A stretch of 64,000 nucleotides of DNA. Origin: Bacilli bacterium. GTDB lineage: Bacteria; Bacillota_I; Bacilli_A; ML615J-28; CAG-313. Made by a program: the position numbers and the translations under genes. Location: assembly GCA_045536365.1 (NCBI GenBank), contig JAZSNL010000020.1:96767-160766 (forward strand), given 5' to 3'. Below, piece after piece: positions 11,127 through 20,682 of this stretch (its first letter is position 1; each line of letters starts with the position of its first letter). A model generated the notes under the pieces. It did not search any database. It was not told the origin of the DNA and worked only from the letters and a program-made list of their open reading frames with translations.

Positions 11127-11965
11127 TGACAGTATTTATAGTTGCAGCAATTGTAATAGCGGCATTATTAATCGCTATGATTGTTACAACATCAAAAGTA
11201 GGTGCTAGAGAATTAACTCCAAGCTCTGCTTTGGGTGTTGAAACTCGCGAGTATCCACTTGATGAAACTCGTAAAATTATTGATAAAAATTATGATGGTT
11301 ATGATGAAAAACAAAAAGCTCGCAGAGCTAAAGTAAAAGAGTTTTTCTCTCACACATTTAAATTCCCATTATATTTAATGAGCCATCCTATTCAAGGATT
11401 TAATGAATTTAAAACTGAGAAAAAGGCTAGAATGTCAGTTGCAATATTTATTCTAATCTTATTTGTATTAGAGGAAATAGTCGCTTACAAATATTTAGGT
11501 CCTGTTATCAATACAAATAACCCTCAAAAGTTTAACAGTTTAGAAATTTTAGCATTCAGTGTTGGTCCAGTTGTTTTATTAACAGTATCTAACTGGTCTG
11601 TTACAACACTAATGGATGGTAAAGGTAAAATGAAGGAAATCTTCATGTTATGTTGTTATTCATTATTCCCAGTAGTTATGCTTGGTTTCTTACACATTGC
11701 GTTAAGTAATGTTATGATTGAAGATGAAAAACAAATTATCTTAGTATTAAAAATTATATCTTGGGTATTAACTGCTTATATGGCTTTCATGGGCTTAGTA
11801 GTAATCCATGAATATAGTATTATTAAAACAATTGGTTCAATTATTTTGACAGTAGTTGCGGCTTGCGTAATTATGTTCGTATGTCTATTAATATTTGACT
11901 TAGTAGAACAAATTTACGGTTTCATCTATTCTTTATATGATGAAATTTCCGCAAGATACTTCTAG
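11126..11965 (+). CDS. Yip1-domain membrane protein
   Basis: HPIQGF, NWSVTTLMDGKG and CYSLFP motifs; multiple TMs; usual position in this cluster type. Confidence 0.75.
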   Translation: MTVFIVAAIVIAALLIAMIVTTSKVGARELTPSSALGVETREYPLDETRKIIDKNYDGYDEKQKARRAKVKEFFSHTFKFPLYLMSHPIQGFNEFKTEKKARMSVAIFILILFVLEEIVAYKYLGPVINTNNPQKFNSLEILAFSVGPVVLLTVSNWSVTTLMDGKGKMKEIFMLCCYSLFPVVMLGFLHIALSNVMIEDEKQIILVLKIISWVLTAYMAFMGLVVIHEYSIIKTIGSIILTVVAACVIMFVCLLIFDLVEQIYGFIYSLYDEISARYF

Positions 11966-11979
11966 GAGGTGTAGACGTT

Positions 11980-14900
11980 ATGAGAAAGACAGCTTTAGGT
12001 TCACTTCTTAAGAAAATTATTTTATTCGTTTTATTAGTAACAGTCGTTCTTGTAGGTTCAATTTTCTTACTTGATAAATATCCTAGTAAGAAAATTAATG
12101 GTGGTGAAAATGTATATGCTGATGAATATTGGCAAAATTTAGATGGATTCAAACATTATTCAGAATGGGAAGAACCAACTCATAAATATAATTATTTAAA
12201 AGCTGAATATGTATCTCCATTTAAAAACAATATGACATTAGATGAACTTCTTGCGGCTGCAAGATATTATGAAGAGTTATTCACTGTTACAGCTCAATAT
12301 CGTGTTGATAAAACAACAACTTCAAATGAGATTGAAGATGTATTGAAATCGTATTATAAAGGTAATATTTATGAATACGTATTAAACGTATTTGGTAAAT
12401 CTTATTCTGCAGCTAATCCTAGTGCTGCAGCAGCAGCTCATGGAAAATTAGTAGCTTTAGGTTATACTGGAACTGAAGCAGATTTAGTTGCATTAGTTCA
12501 AGACTTAGCTAATTTATCAAAGACTTTTGAAACATTAGTTCAAAATGGAATTAAAGAAGAAAATTGCTACGAATTAATTTCTATTTTATTTAATGATAGT
12601 TTCTTAGAAGAAGGTTCATTATATGCTATCTCTCAAGAAGCTGGTTATACAGGTGATATTAACCAATGGGTATTAGAAATTCTTGGTGTTGTTAAAAATA
12701 ATCCTGCTGATATGTATGCTACTTTAGTTGGATTAGGTTATGCTGGTACAGAAAATGAATTTGTTGAAATCATTAAAAATGTTGACAAGCTTAATGATAA
12801 ATATTTCGATCACGCGTATGCTTTCATGACTGAAATTGAATTTGCAAACCTATTGCTTAATGATACAGGTAATGCAAATAGAAAATCAGCATATGAAATT
12901 GTATCTTCTTACGATGAAGTATTACTTCAAGAATTACAAGCTAAATTAGTTGAATTAACTGCAATAGTAGAAAAGGTTGATCAAAGATTATTAGCTCTTC
13001 CTGGATGGATAGAATATTTAAGAGATACTTTATATGGTGGATACCTAAAAGTATTAGAAAATGATCGTTTTGAATTATATTTCCAAGTTTATAACACATT
13101 CTTTAAACTTGTAGATAAAGAAACAGGCAATGAATGGTATTCAAATCCTGAAGATCCATCTGCAGCACAAAGTGTTATTTTAAGTATTAACTATTCTAAA
13201 TTAGGTGGTGTAGCTGGTACATTTAATAACTATAAAGATTCTGTTGCGGATCATGATATTGATAATACAAGTGATGCATTAGTTCCTAATTTCTATACTA
13301 AATTTGATAAAATTGGTAATAAAATTCAAGTTTATTATGTTATGGAAGACCGTAACATTAATATGAACGCATTCCCTCGTTATATTTCTGCGACTCGTTT
13401 TGAGGAGTTATTAGAAAGAAATAAACAAATTGCAGCAAGCGGTGCAGTTGATAGTAAAGGTGCAAAGATTGTTGATATTAAGAAAGATAAAGATATTCTT
13501 GGTAAACTTACATTATCTTACTTTGGTATCGTTAATGCTGATGATGAATTAAATAAAAAAGGTTATGACTATTATGAATTAGCTGGATATAGTACTGGTT
13601 TAGGTTATACAGCTAAGAAAGAATTATATCGTTGGATGTATGAATGGATGGGTTATACTGCAGAAGATTTAGCTAAAGATAACGCTGAATTTGATGTCCA
13701 AGTTAAAGATACTAAATATGTTATCAGTGCTGGAATTGAATATTCTTTAACTGATGAAGGATTAAAGATTATGGTTCCTGGTAATTCAATTATCGATACT
13801 GAAGATGCTCCTGCAACTACAGTTGATGTATTACCATTCTTTACAGCAGTTGATAATGAAACTGAAGGATATACAATTATTCCTGATGGTTCAGGTGCAT
13901 TATTAAATCATAATAATGGTAAATATGAAGGATATCCAAGTTATACTCAAAGAGTTTATTCAACAGATTTAACTACTGTTTCTGAAGTTAAACAAACAGA
14001 AGCTAATGATGTAATGTTCCCTATGTTTGCAGTTGTTAATACTGAACCTGCTTCAGGTATCTTATATGAATGTGAACAAGGTGGCGGACAATTAAAATTA
14101 AATGCGGACGTTTCTGGTCGTGGTGGAAGTAAATATAATACACAAAGTTTCACTATCTTCTTAAGAGAAATGAAATATATTTATATTGGTCCTTCTTATG
14201 CCCGTAAGGAAATGGCTAAATGGACAACATCAAAAGTTACAGATGATTTCATCTTTAACGCAATTGTATTGGATGAAGAAGAATTAAATTATTCTGCTGT
14301 TGCTAAAAAGTATCGTGAAATTTTAATAGATCGTTATGATTTAGAAGAAAATGATACTACTGATAAAGCAGTTCTTGATTTAGATGTAGTTGGTGCTTAT
14401 GAATTTGATAATAACTTTGCAGGTATTCCTTATACTGATTATGATTCATTAACAACATTTGCTCAATTACAAGAAATGTTAGATGCATATAAAGATTTAG
14501 GTGTTAAAGATATTAATGTATTCTATTTAGGCTGGCGTGATAGTGGTTTATTAAATAAAACATTTAAGAATATTAAAATTAGTAATCTTTTAGGTTCTAA
14601 GAAAGATTTCTTAAAATTAGTTGAAAATAATAAAAGAAATGTTACAATTTATCCTTATTTAAGTTTTGGTTTAGTTAATAAATATCAAGAATCATTTGGT
14701 CAAGCTCATTACACTACAAGAAGTGTAGATGGTAAATATGTTATTTCTTATCCTTATGATTTAAACTCTAACCTTTATAATAAAAAAGGTAATAAAATGA
14801 TGGCTGTTTCTCCACATTACTATCAAGTATTAATGGAAAAACTAGTTAAGAATTATGAAAAAGCATTAGGTATTGAAAGTATCTCTTTAGATTACTTAGG

Positions 14901-15528
14901 ATCAAAACTTTCTGGTGATTATAAGAAAAATCAAGAAGTATTTAAAATCCAAGCTATTCAAGAACAAATTAATGTATTAGAATATGCAAATGCAAATGGA
15001 TTAACAAAGATGAATTTATATGCTCCTTATCCATATGCATTTAAATATGTTGATAATGCGAAAGATATTCCGTATGAAACTACAAAATACGAAATATTAG
15101 ATAACTCAATTCCTTTCTATCAATTAGTAGTTAGTGGTTTATTTGATTATTCTGGTCAAAGCATTAACGCAAATAGTGAAAAAGGAATTCAAGAACATAT
15201 TATGAGAATTATTGAAACTGGTTCAAATATCGCATTTACATTCTCATATGATAATTCTTCTGAATTATTAAATACTGATTATAATACTTATTTCTATACT
15301 ACTTATACTGAATGGTTAGAAGATGTAGAAGAAGTATATAATACAATCGAAGCTACAGGTATTAGTCGTTGTCAATTAACAAAACACGAAATTGTTGGTG
15401 AAAATGTATATCGTGTAACATATACAAACAATGTTGAAACTATTCAAATTGTTCTTAACTATTCTCGTGTAAGTGTTAATGTTGATGGATGGGTAATTCC
15501 TGCAAAGAGTTTCAGAGTAGTAGGATAG
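11980..15528 (+). CDS. DUF5696-family membrane-anchored extracellular protein with long N-terminal insertion
   Basis: N-terminal TM; DKETGNEWYSNP, GYTIIPDGSGAL, YSAVAKKYR and IPFYQLVVSG motifs; cluster context. Confidence 0.7.
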   Translation: MRKTALGSLLKKIILFVLLVTVVLVGSIFLLDKYPSKKINGGENVYADEYWQNLDGFKHYSEWEEPTHKYNYLKAEYVSPFKNNMTLDELLAAARYYEELFTVTAQYRVDKTTTSNEIEDVLKSYYKGNIYEYVLNVFGKSYSAANPSAAAAAHGKLVALGYTGTEADLVALVQDLANLSKTFETLVQNGIKEENCYELISILFNDSFLEEGSLYAISQEAGYTGDINQWVLEILGVVKNNPADMYATLVGLGYAGTENEFVEIIKNVDKLNDKYFDHAYAFMTEIEFANLLLNDTGNANRKSAYEIVSSYDEVLLQELQAKLVELTAIVEKVDQRLLALPGWIEYLRDTLYGGYLKVLENDRFELYFQVYNTFFKLVDKETGNEWYSNPEDPSAAQSVILSINYSKLGGVAGTFNNYKDSVADHDIDNTSDALVPNFYTKFDKIGNKIQVYYVMEDRNINMNAFPRYISATRFEELLERNKQIAASGAVDSKGAKIVDIKKDKDILGKLTLSYFGIVNADDELNKKGYDYYELAGYSTGLGYTAKKELYRWMYEWMGYTAEDLAKDNAEFDVQVKDTKYVISAGIEYSLTDEGLKIMVPGNSIIDTEDAPATTVDVLPFFTAVDNETEGYTIIPDGSGALLNHNNGKYEGYPSYTQRVYSTDLTTVSEVKQTEANDVMFPMFAVVNTEPASGILYECEQGGGQLKLNADVSGRGGSKYNTQSFTIFLREMKYIYIGPSYARKEMAKWTTSKVTDDFIFNAIVLDEEELNYSAVAKKYREILIDRYDLEENDTTDKAVLDLDVVGAYEFDNNFAGIPYTDYDSLTTFAQLQEMLDAYKDLGVKDINVFYLGWRDSGLLNKTFKNIKISNLLGSKKDFLKLVENNKRNVTIYPYLSFGLVNKYQESFGQAHYTTRSVDGKYVISYPYDLNSNLYNKKGNKMMAVSPHYYQVLMEKLVKNYEKALGIESISLDYLGSKLSGDYKKNQEVFKIQAIQEQINVLEYANANGLTKMNLYAPYPYAFKYVDNAKDIPYETTKYEILDNSIPFYQLVVSGLFDYSGQSINANSEKGIQEHIMRIIETGSNIAFTFSYDNSSELLNTDYNTYFYTTYTEWLEDVEEVYNTIEATGISRCQLTKHEIVGENVYRVTYTNNVETIQIVLNYSRVSVNVDGWVIPAKSFRVVG

Positions 15529-15537
15529 GAGGTAGCT

Positions 15538-16668
15538 ATGAAAGAAAAAATAGGTAAATTTTTCAATAAAATTAAAGAATTTTTCCAAAACGTTTTCTCT
15601 AAGTTCATGAGTTGGTATCGTACTTCATGGTTACAAAAAGGTCTATCTATATTCTGGCATTATTTTAGTTATATATTCTGGCCATTTAAATGGTTAAAGT
15701 CAAAGACATATGATAAATTAAGATATGAACAACAAAAAGTTGTTGTATCAATTATCTTTGTTGCTCCTGTGGTAATTGGTTTCTTATTATTCTTCTTATA
15801 TCCGCTTATAATGTCACTTTATTATTCATTAAGTACAGTACAAATTGACAAAGCAACTGGTGAAATGATTATTCACTTTGGTAAAGGTTTCTTATTAGAT
15901 CATAAGAATGCTGGTGATTATACACAACCAATTAATGACTTATTATATAACTATAAATATATTTTCTTTGAAAGTAGTGATTACTACTTAAAAGAATTAG
16001 CAACAACAATCGGTGATACATTTATTGATACAGTTGTTATAACTATCTTTAGTTTATTAGTAGCAGTTTTATTAAATACTAACTTTAAAGGTAGAGGTGC
16101 TGTAAGAGCAATCTTCTTCTTACCAGTTATCTTTAACTCTGAAGCTGTTACAGCTGCAACAGAAACAGCATCATCTGCCGTATCACAAATGGCTGCGGCA
16201 GGCAAAGGTGTATTTGCAGGTATCTTTGATATTAAAGTGTTCCTACAAGGACTTCATGTTCCTCCAACACTAGTAACTTTCCTTGGAAATATCACTTCTA
16301 CAATTTATGATGTTATTTCTTATTCAGGTGTTCAAATCTTAATTTTCTTAGCTGCAATTCAATCTGTTTCTAAACAATTATATGAAGCTGCAACTATGGA
16401 AGGTGCTACTAAATATGAGCAATTCTGGAAAATTACATTACCAATGGTTTCTCCTATGATGATTCCAGTTGTTGTATATTCAGTTGTGGATTCATTCTTA
16501 CGTTCTGATATCAACAATATCATTGATAAATATGGTTCTTCTGGTACTTCAGATTACGGTATTTATTCAGCAATGTCTTGGTCTTATATGATTTCCGCAA
16601 TAGCTTTACTGGGTGTAATGATGTTATTCTTAAGAAAGGTGGTATTCTATTATGACAAGAAAAACTAA
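15538..16668 (+). CDS. Carbohydrate ABC permease (MalF-type), second pair
   Basis: GVQILIFLAAIQSVSKQLYEAATMEGAT.YEQFWKITLP. Confidence 0.9.
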   Translation: MKEKIGKFFNKIKEFFQNVFSKFMSWYRTSWLQKGLSIFWHYFSYIFWPFKWLKSKTYDKLRYEQQKVVVSIIFVAPVVIGFLLFFLYPLIMSLYYSLSTVQIDKATGEMIIHFGKGFLLDHKNAGDYTQPINDLLYNYKYIFFESSDYYLKELATTIGDTFIDTVVITIFSLLVAVLLNTNFKGRGAVRAIFFLPVIFNSEAVTAATETASSAVSQMAAAGKGVFAGIFDIKVFLQGLHVPPTLVTFLGNITSTIYDVISYSGVQILIFLAAIQSVSKQLYEAATMEGATKYEQFWKITLPMVSPMMIPVVVYSVVDSFLRSDINNIIDKYGSSGTSDYGIYSAMSWSYMISAIALLGVMMLFLRKVVFYYDKKN

Positions 16669-17728
16669 TAAGCTTACCATTAAAGAACAATCTCAACAAA
16701 CTTATGCGGCTATTAAAGAAGAATTATCTAATCCAATTCAACGTGCTGTGTTAGGTAGAAAATTTGGTGCTGGTGCAGGTAGTATCTTAAGAGGATTTGT
16801 TTTCTTCGGTTTAGCATTTATTATCTTATTCCCAATTTTTCAACAACTTGTTATGGCGATTAAGAGTCCTGATGATTTACTAGATCCTCTTGTAAACTAT
16901 ATTCCTCAAAATTTATCTACAATTAATATTCAAATTGCGATGAAATTATTGGATTATTGGCGTTCATTATTTAATAACGTTAAAATGGCAACATTAACAA
17001 CAATATTCCAATTATTCTCAACTGCTTTAGCGGGTTACGCTTTTGCAAGATTAAGATTTAAAGGAATTAATATTATCTTCCTAGCAGTTATGTTAACTTT
17101 AATTGTTCCACCTCAAGCAGTATCTTTATCAAGATCTTTATACTTAGCTGATTTTGATATCTTCGGTATCTTTAAAGCATTAACAGGTAGTAGTTTATCT
17201 TTAAAGGGTCAAGGCAAGGATGAAGTATTATATGTAATGGCTGCAACAGGTCAAGGTATTAAAGCAGCATTAGCAGTGTTTATCTTTACACAATTCTTTA
17301 GAGGTATCCCTATTGAATTAGAAGAATCTGCTCAAATTGACGGTGCTGGTGTATTCAGAACTTTCTGGTCTGTAATGTTACCAAATGCTCGTGGTGCAAT
17401 TATAACTGTTGCTTTATTCTCATTTGTATGGCAATGGAATGATAGTTATTATATTCAAATATATCAATTAAATAGTAACGATTTCCCTATCATGACGTTT
17501 AGATTATTGAACGTTGCTGAATGGATTGGTAACCTACTAAAGGACCCACAATTTAAAGATTTCGTTGACGGCCTTGTAAGTAGTGACGATATTAAAGCTA
17601 ATGGTAACTTCTCAGCTGTTATCGCCAATACTTGTGCGTTATTAATGATGACTCCATTATTAATAGCTTACTTATTTGTTCAAAAACAATTCGTTGAAGG
17701 CGTTGAACGTAGTGGTATTGTAGGATAA
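16652..17728 (+). CDS. Carbohydrate ABC permease (MalG-type), second pair
   Basis: ELEESAQIDGAG, FSFVWQWND and QKQFVEGVERSGIVG. Confidence 0.9.
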   Translation: MTRKTNKLTIKEQSQQTYAAIKEELSNPIQRAVLGRKFGAGAGSILRGFVFFGLAFIILFPIFQQLVMAIKSPDDLLDPLVNYIPQNLSTINIQIAMKLLDYWRSLFNNVKMATLTTIFQLFSTALAGYAFARLRFKGINIIFLAVMLTLIVPPQAVSLSRSLYLADFDIFGIFKALTGSSLSLKGQGKDEVLYVMAATGQGIKAALAVFIFTQFFRGIPIELEESAQIDGAGVFRTFWSVMLPNARGAIITVALFSFVWQWNDSYYIQIYQLNSNDFPIMTFRLLNVAEWIGNLLKDPQFKDFVDGLVSSDDIKANGNFSAVIANTCALLMMTPLLIAYLFVQKQFVEGVERSGIVG

Positions 17729-17746
17729 TATTTAATTATAAGGAGA

Positions 17747-18439
17747 ATGGGTATGAAAACAAGTCAAAGAATAAAAGAGAAAATTTTAAATTTTTTGGAT
17801 TATTTATTTAGGCTTGTTATGATCAATGTTTTGATCATCGTGCCTTCATTCTCCTTTATTTTTATATATTCGTATTTTGAAAATGTTCAAGATATATGGT
17901 TATATATTACATTAATCCCTGTGCTGTTATATTTTATTCCTGGTATAGTTGCAGGTTTTGCTTGTGTGAAAATGTATGAAGATAGTGGATGTACTGGTAT
18001 TTTTAAAGAATTTTTTCAATTTTTTAAAAAGTTTTATGTGAAATCGTTAATATTAACTTTAATAGTAGTAGTATCTGGTTTATTATTTGGAAATAGTGCA
18101 ATTTATTTTTATAGTCAAATCTCATATGGTGTTATTAATGTAATTGGCTTTTTTATAAGTGTTTCGGTGATATTGGTAATGTTATTCGCGGTAATACATA
18201 TTCCTTTATCAATAGTGTATTTTGAAAATTTAAGATTAATAGATTGTATAAAAACTGCTTTTTTAATGGCATATAAAAATATTTGGAAAACAATTTTAAT
18301 GATGATTTCGTTAATAATATTAATCTTAATTGATACAACTGTCGTATATTTTATGGCTATAATTGGAATTAGTCTTCCAATATATGTGTTGGTTAAAATA
18401 CCTTTTAGGCAATATATAACCATATATCGTAAATTATAA
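17747..18439 (+). CDS. YesL/DUF624-like membrane protein
   Basis: Multi-TM; FKEFFQFFKKFY segment; typical position after sugar ABC permeases. Confidence 0.65.
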   Translation: MGMKTSQRIKEKILNFLDYLFRLVMINVLIIVPSFSFIFIYSYFENVQDIWLYITLIPVLLYFIPGIVAGFACVKMYEDSGCTGIFKEFFQFFKKFYVKSLILTLIVVVSGLLFGNSAIYFYSQISYGVINVIGFFISVSVILVMLFAVIHIPLSIVYFENLRLIDCIKTAFLMAYKNIWKTILMMISLIILILIDTTVVYFMAIIGISLPIYVLVKIPFRQYITIYRKL

Positions 18440-18458
18440 AAAGAAATGGAGAATAAAT

Positions 18459-20681
18459 ATGAAAAAGTTTTTAAATTATTTACTTACTTTTTTAGTGATG
18501 TTAACTTTAGTATTTGTTGGTGTTAATACAACTAAATTAGATGCATTATATTCATCAAGTACTTTAAGAGAAGCTGAAGAAGCAAAAGTTACTAATCTTG
18601 TTGGTGGTGTAACATTATACAAACAAAGATTAGAAACTCTTTATAATGGTACAGGTGTTAGTGGAAATATTAAAGATTTATGGAATAATCATACTGTACA
18701 ATGGGTTGATTTACCTGCAAGTAATACAGGTGTTAAAGTAGTTACTTGGAGTAAAGGTAATACAAATGGATGGCAAAAAGCTACAGTTAAACAAACAATG
18801 CAGGATTTTGAATCAAAACATCCTGGATGGATTGTTGTAGCTGGTGTTAATGGCGACTTCTTTGATAATTCATCTGGTGGTACTAGTGAACCTACAGGTT
18901 TCTATGTTCAAGATGGCGGTGAAGTTTTCCGTCCTGATCATGCAGGTGCTGGATATCGTTTAACTTTAGGTTGGAATAATGATGGCTCATATATTACTGG
19001 AAGACCTACTCATGATGAAAAAATGACATTACATGTTGGAGATAAAGAATATACAGTTAATTCTGTTAATAGTGCTCCTGCAGCTGAAGGTGTTACTTTA
19101 TTAACAGTAGATGCTTCAAGTGCATATGATTTAACTGGTTATACAGTTTATAAAGTTGACAATGGCGCTTACCGTGTTGCGAGCGGAAATAAGAAATTAT
19201 TTGTTAAAGGTTATGTAGTTTCTCTTGAAGATTCTTTAAGTAGTGTAAAAGCAGAAAAAGGCTATTTCTATCTTGCATCAAAAGATGGTTCATTAGATGG
19301 ATTAAAAGCTGATGATTTTGTAAAAGTTCAATATGATTTAACTGGAAATTGGGCGAATGTTAATAGTGCTGTTGGTTATATTTATCAAGTATTAATTAAT
19401 AATGAACATAAATATGAAAATAATGGTGTTCAATATGATCATTTAGGTGTAAGAGATAATGACTTCATTTATACTACTCATCCTCGTACATTAGTAGGTT
19501 TTAAAGAAGATGGTTCAACAGTATTAATGGTAGTAGATGGTCGTGGAAAAGCTTCAGATTATTTAGAAGGTGCTTCTTTATATCAATGTGGTGAATTATT
19601 ACAACATGCTGGTTGTGTTAATGGATTTAACTTAGATGGTGGAGGTTCTTCAACATTAGTAGTTAGAAATGAACAAGGTGGATTTGATGTTATTAATACA
19701 CCTAGTGATGGTACTGAAAGATATATTGGTAATGCCATTTTATTTGTAATGGAAGATCCTGGAATTAAAACTGACGCAAGTTATTCTGATAGATCTTCTA
19801 TTAAAATTGATATTAATGAAAATACTTATGGTTCATTACAAAATGTTGTTGCGGTAGTAGATGGAAAAGAATATCCATTTACAAGTAATTCATTAGTAAT
19901 TAATGGATTAAATGAAGATACAAAATATCAAGTAAAAGTTAAATATCAAATTAAAGATTATCGTGGAACAGGAAATTGGTTAAATAATGAAACATTAGTT
20001 ACTGCTTATACTGCTCCATTTGTTATGCCATCTAGTGGATTGAAAATAGATAGTAGAAGTATTACAAATGTTGGATTTAAAGTAATTAAAGAAGATTTTG
20101 GACACGCAGCTAACATTAGAAACGTTGTTATTCAAGTAGGAGATAACGTATATCAAATGGGAGATGCGATGGAATTTGTTATTAATGATTTAATTATTGA
20201 TACTGAATATGATGTTTCAATAAGTTATGAAGTTTATGATGAATTAACAGGTAAACTTTATCCAGGATCACTTGATCCAGTTAAAGTGAAAACTGCTTCA
20301 TTTATAGCTCCATCTATTACAAGATTTGAAGAAAAAGGTATCATATCTGAACAATATGTTTTCGCATATACATATGCAGATAAGAGTTCAAAAGTTGAAG
20401 AAGCTTATTTATTAGTAAATGATGTTAAACATATGGCTGATGCAAAATCAGGAAACTTTAGAATTGCTGATATTGATTTAAACAAATCATCTTATACAAT
20501 TAAATTTGTATTAGAATATACAAATGATCAAGGTGAAAAAGTAAAAGTTGAGTCTGAAACAATTACATTAAATCAAATTGTTCAAGAACCTAAAAAAGGT
20601 TGTAAGAAAAAAGCAGAAGCTATTATTTGTTTTACAACTGCAATTGCAGCAATTGGTGTATTATTAAGAAAGAAACATTAA
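18459..20681 (+). CDS. Surface phosphodiester glycosidase (NAGPA/DUF2233 domain) with FN3-like repeats and KKGCKKK-TM-RKK tail
   Basis: Signal peptide; AGVNGDFF, HPRTLVG, MVVDGR, NLDGGGSS and PSDG.ER motifs; FN3-like INGLNEDTKY and INDLIIDTEY. Confidence 0.85.
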   Translation: MKKFLNYLLTFLVMLTLVFVGVNTTKLDALYSSSTLREAEEAKVTNLVGGVTLYKQRLETLYNGTGVSGNIKDLWNNHTVQWVDLPASNTGVKVVTWSKGNTNGWQKATVKQTMQDFESKHPGWIVVAGVNGDFFDNSSGGTSEPTGFYVQDGGEVFRPDHAGAGYRLTLGWNNDGSYITGRPTHDEKMTLHVGDKEYTVNSVNSAPAAEGVTLLTVDASSAYDLTGYTVYKVDNGAYRVASGNKKLFVKGYVVSLEDSLSSVKAEKGYFYLASKDGSLDGLKADDFVKVQYDLTGNWANVNSAVGYIYQVLINNEHKYENNGVQYDHLGVRDNDFIYTTHPRTLVGFKEDGSTVLMVVDGRGKASDYLEGASLYQCGELLQHAGCVNGFNLDGGGSSTLVVRNEQGGFDVINTPSDGTERYIGNAILFVMEDPGIKTDASYSDRSSIKIDINENTYGSLQNVVAVVDGKEYPFTSNSLVINGLNEDTKYQVKVKYQIKDYRGTGNWLNNETLVTAYTAPFVMPSSGLKIDSRSITNVGFKVIKEDFGHAANIRNVVIQVGDNVYQMGDAMEFVINDLIIDTEYDVSISYEVYDELTGKLYPGSLDPVKVKTASFIAPSITRFEEKGIISEQYVFAYTYADKSSKVEEAYLLVNDVKHMADAKSGNFRIADIDLNKSSYTIKFVLEYTNDQGEKVKVESETITLNQIVQEPKKGCKKKAEAIICFTTAIAAIGVLLRKKH
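20583..20681 (+). other. Candidate GC-type C-terminal sorting signal, copy 2
   Basis: QEPKKGCKKKAEAIICFTTAIAAIGVLLRKKH*; Gly-Cys at 20598-20603. Confidence 0.7.
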
Positions 20682-20682
20682 T

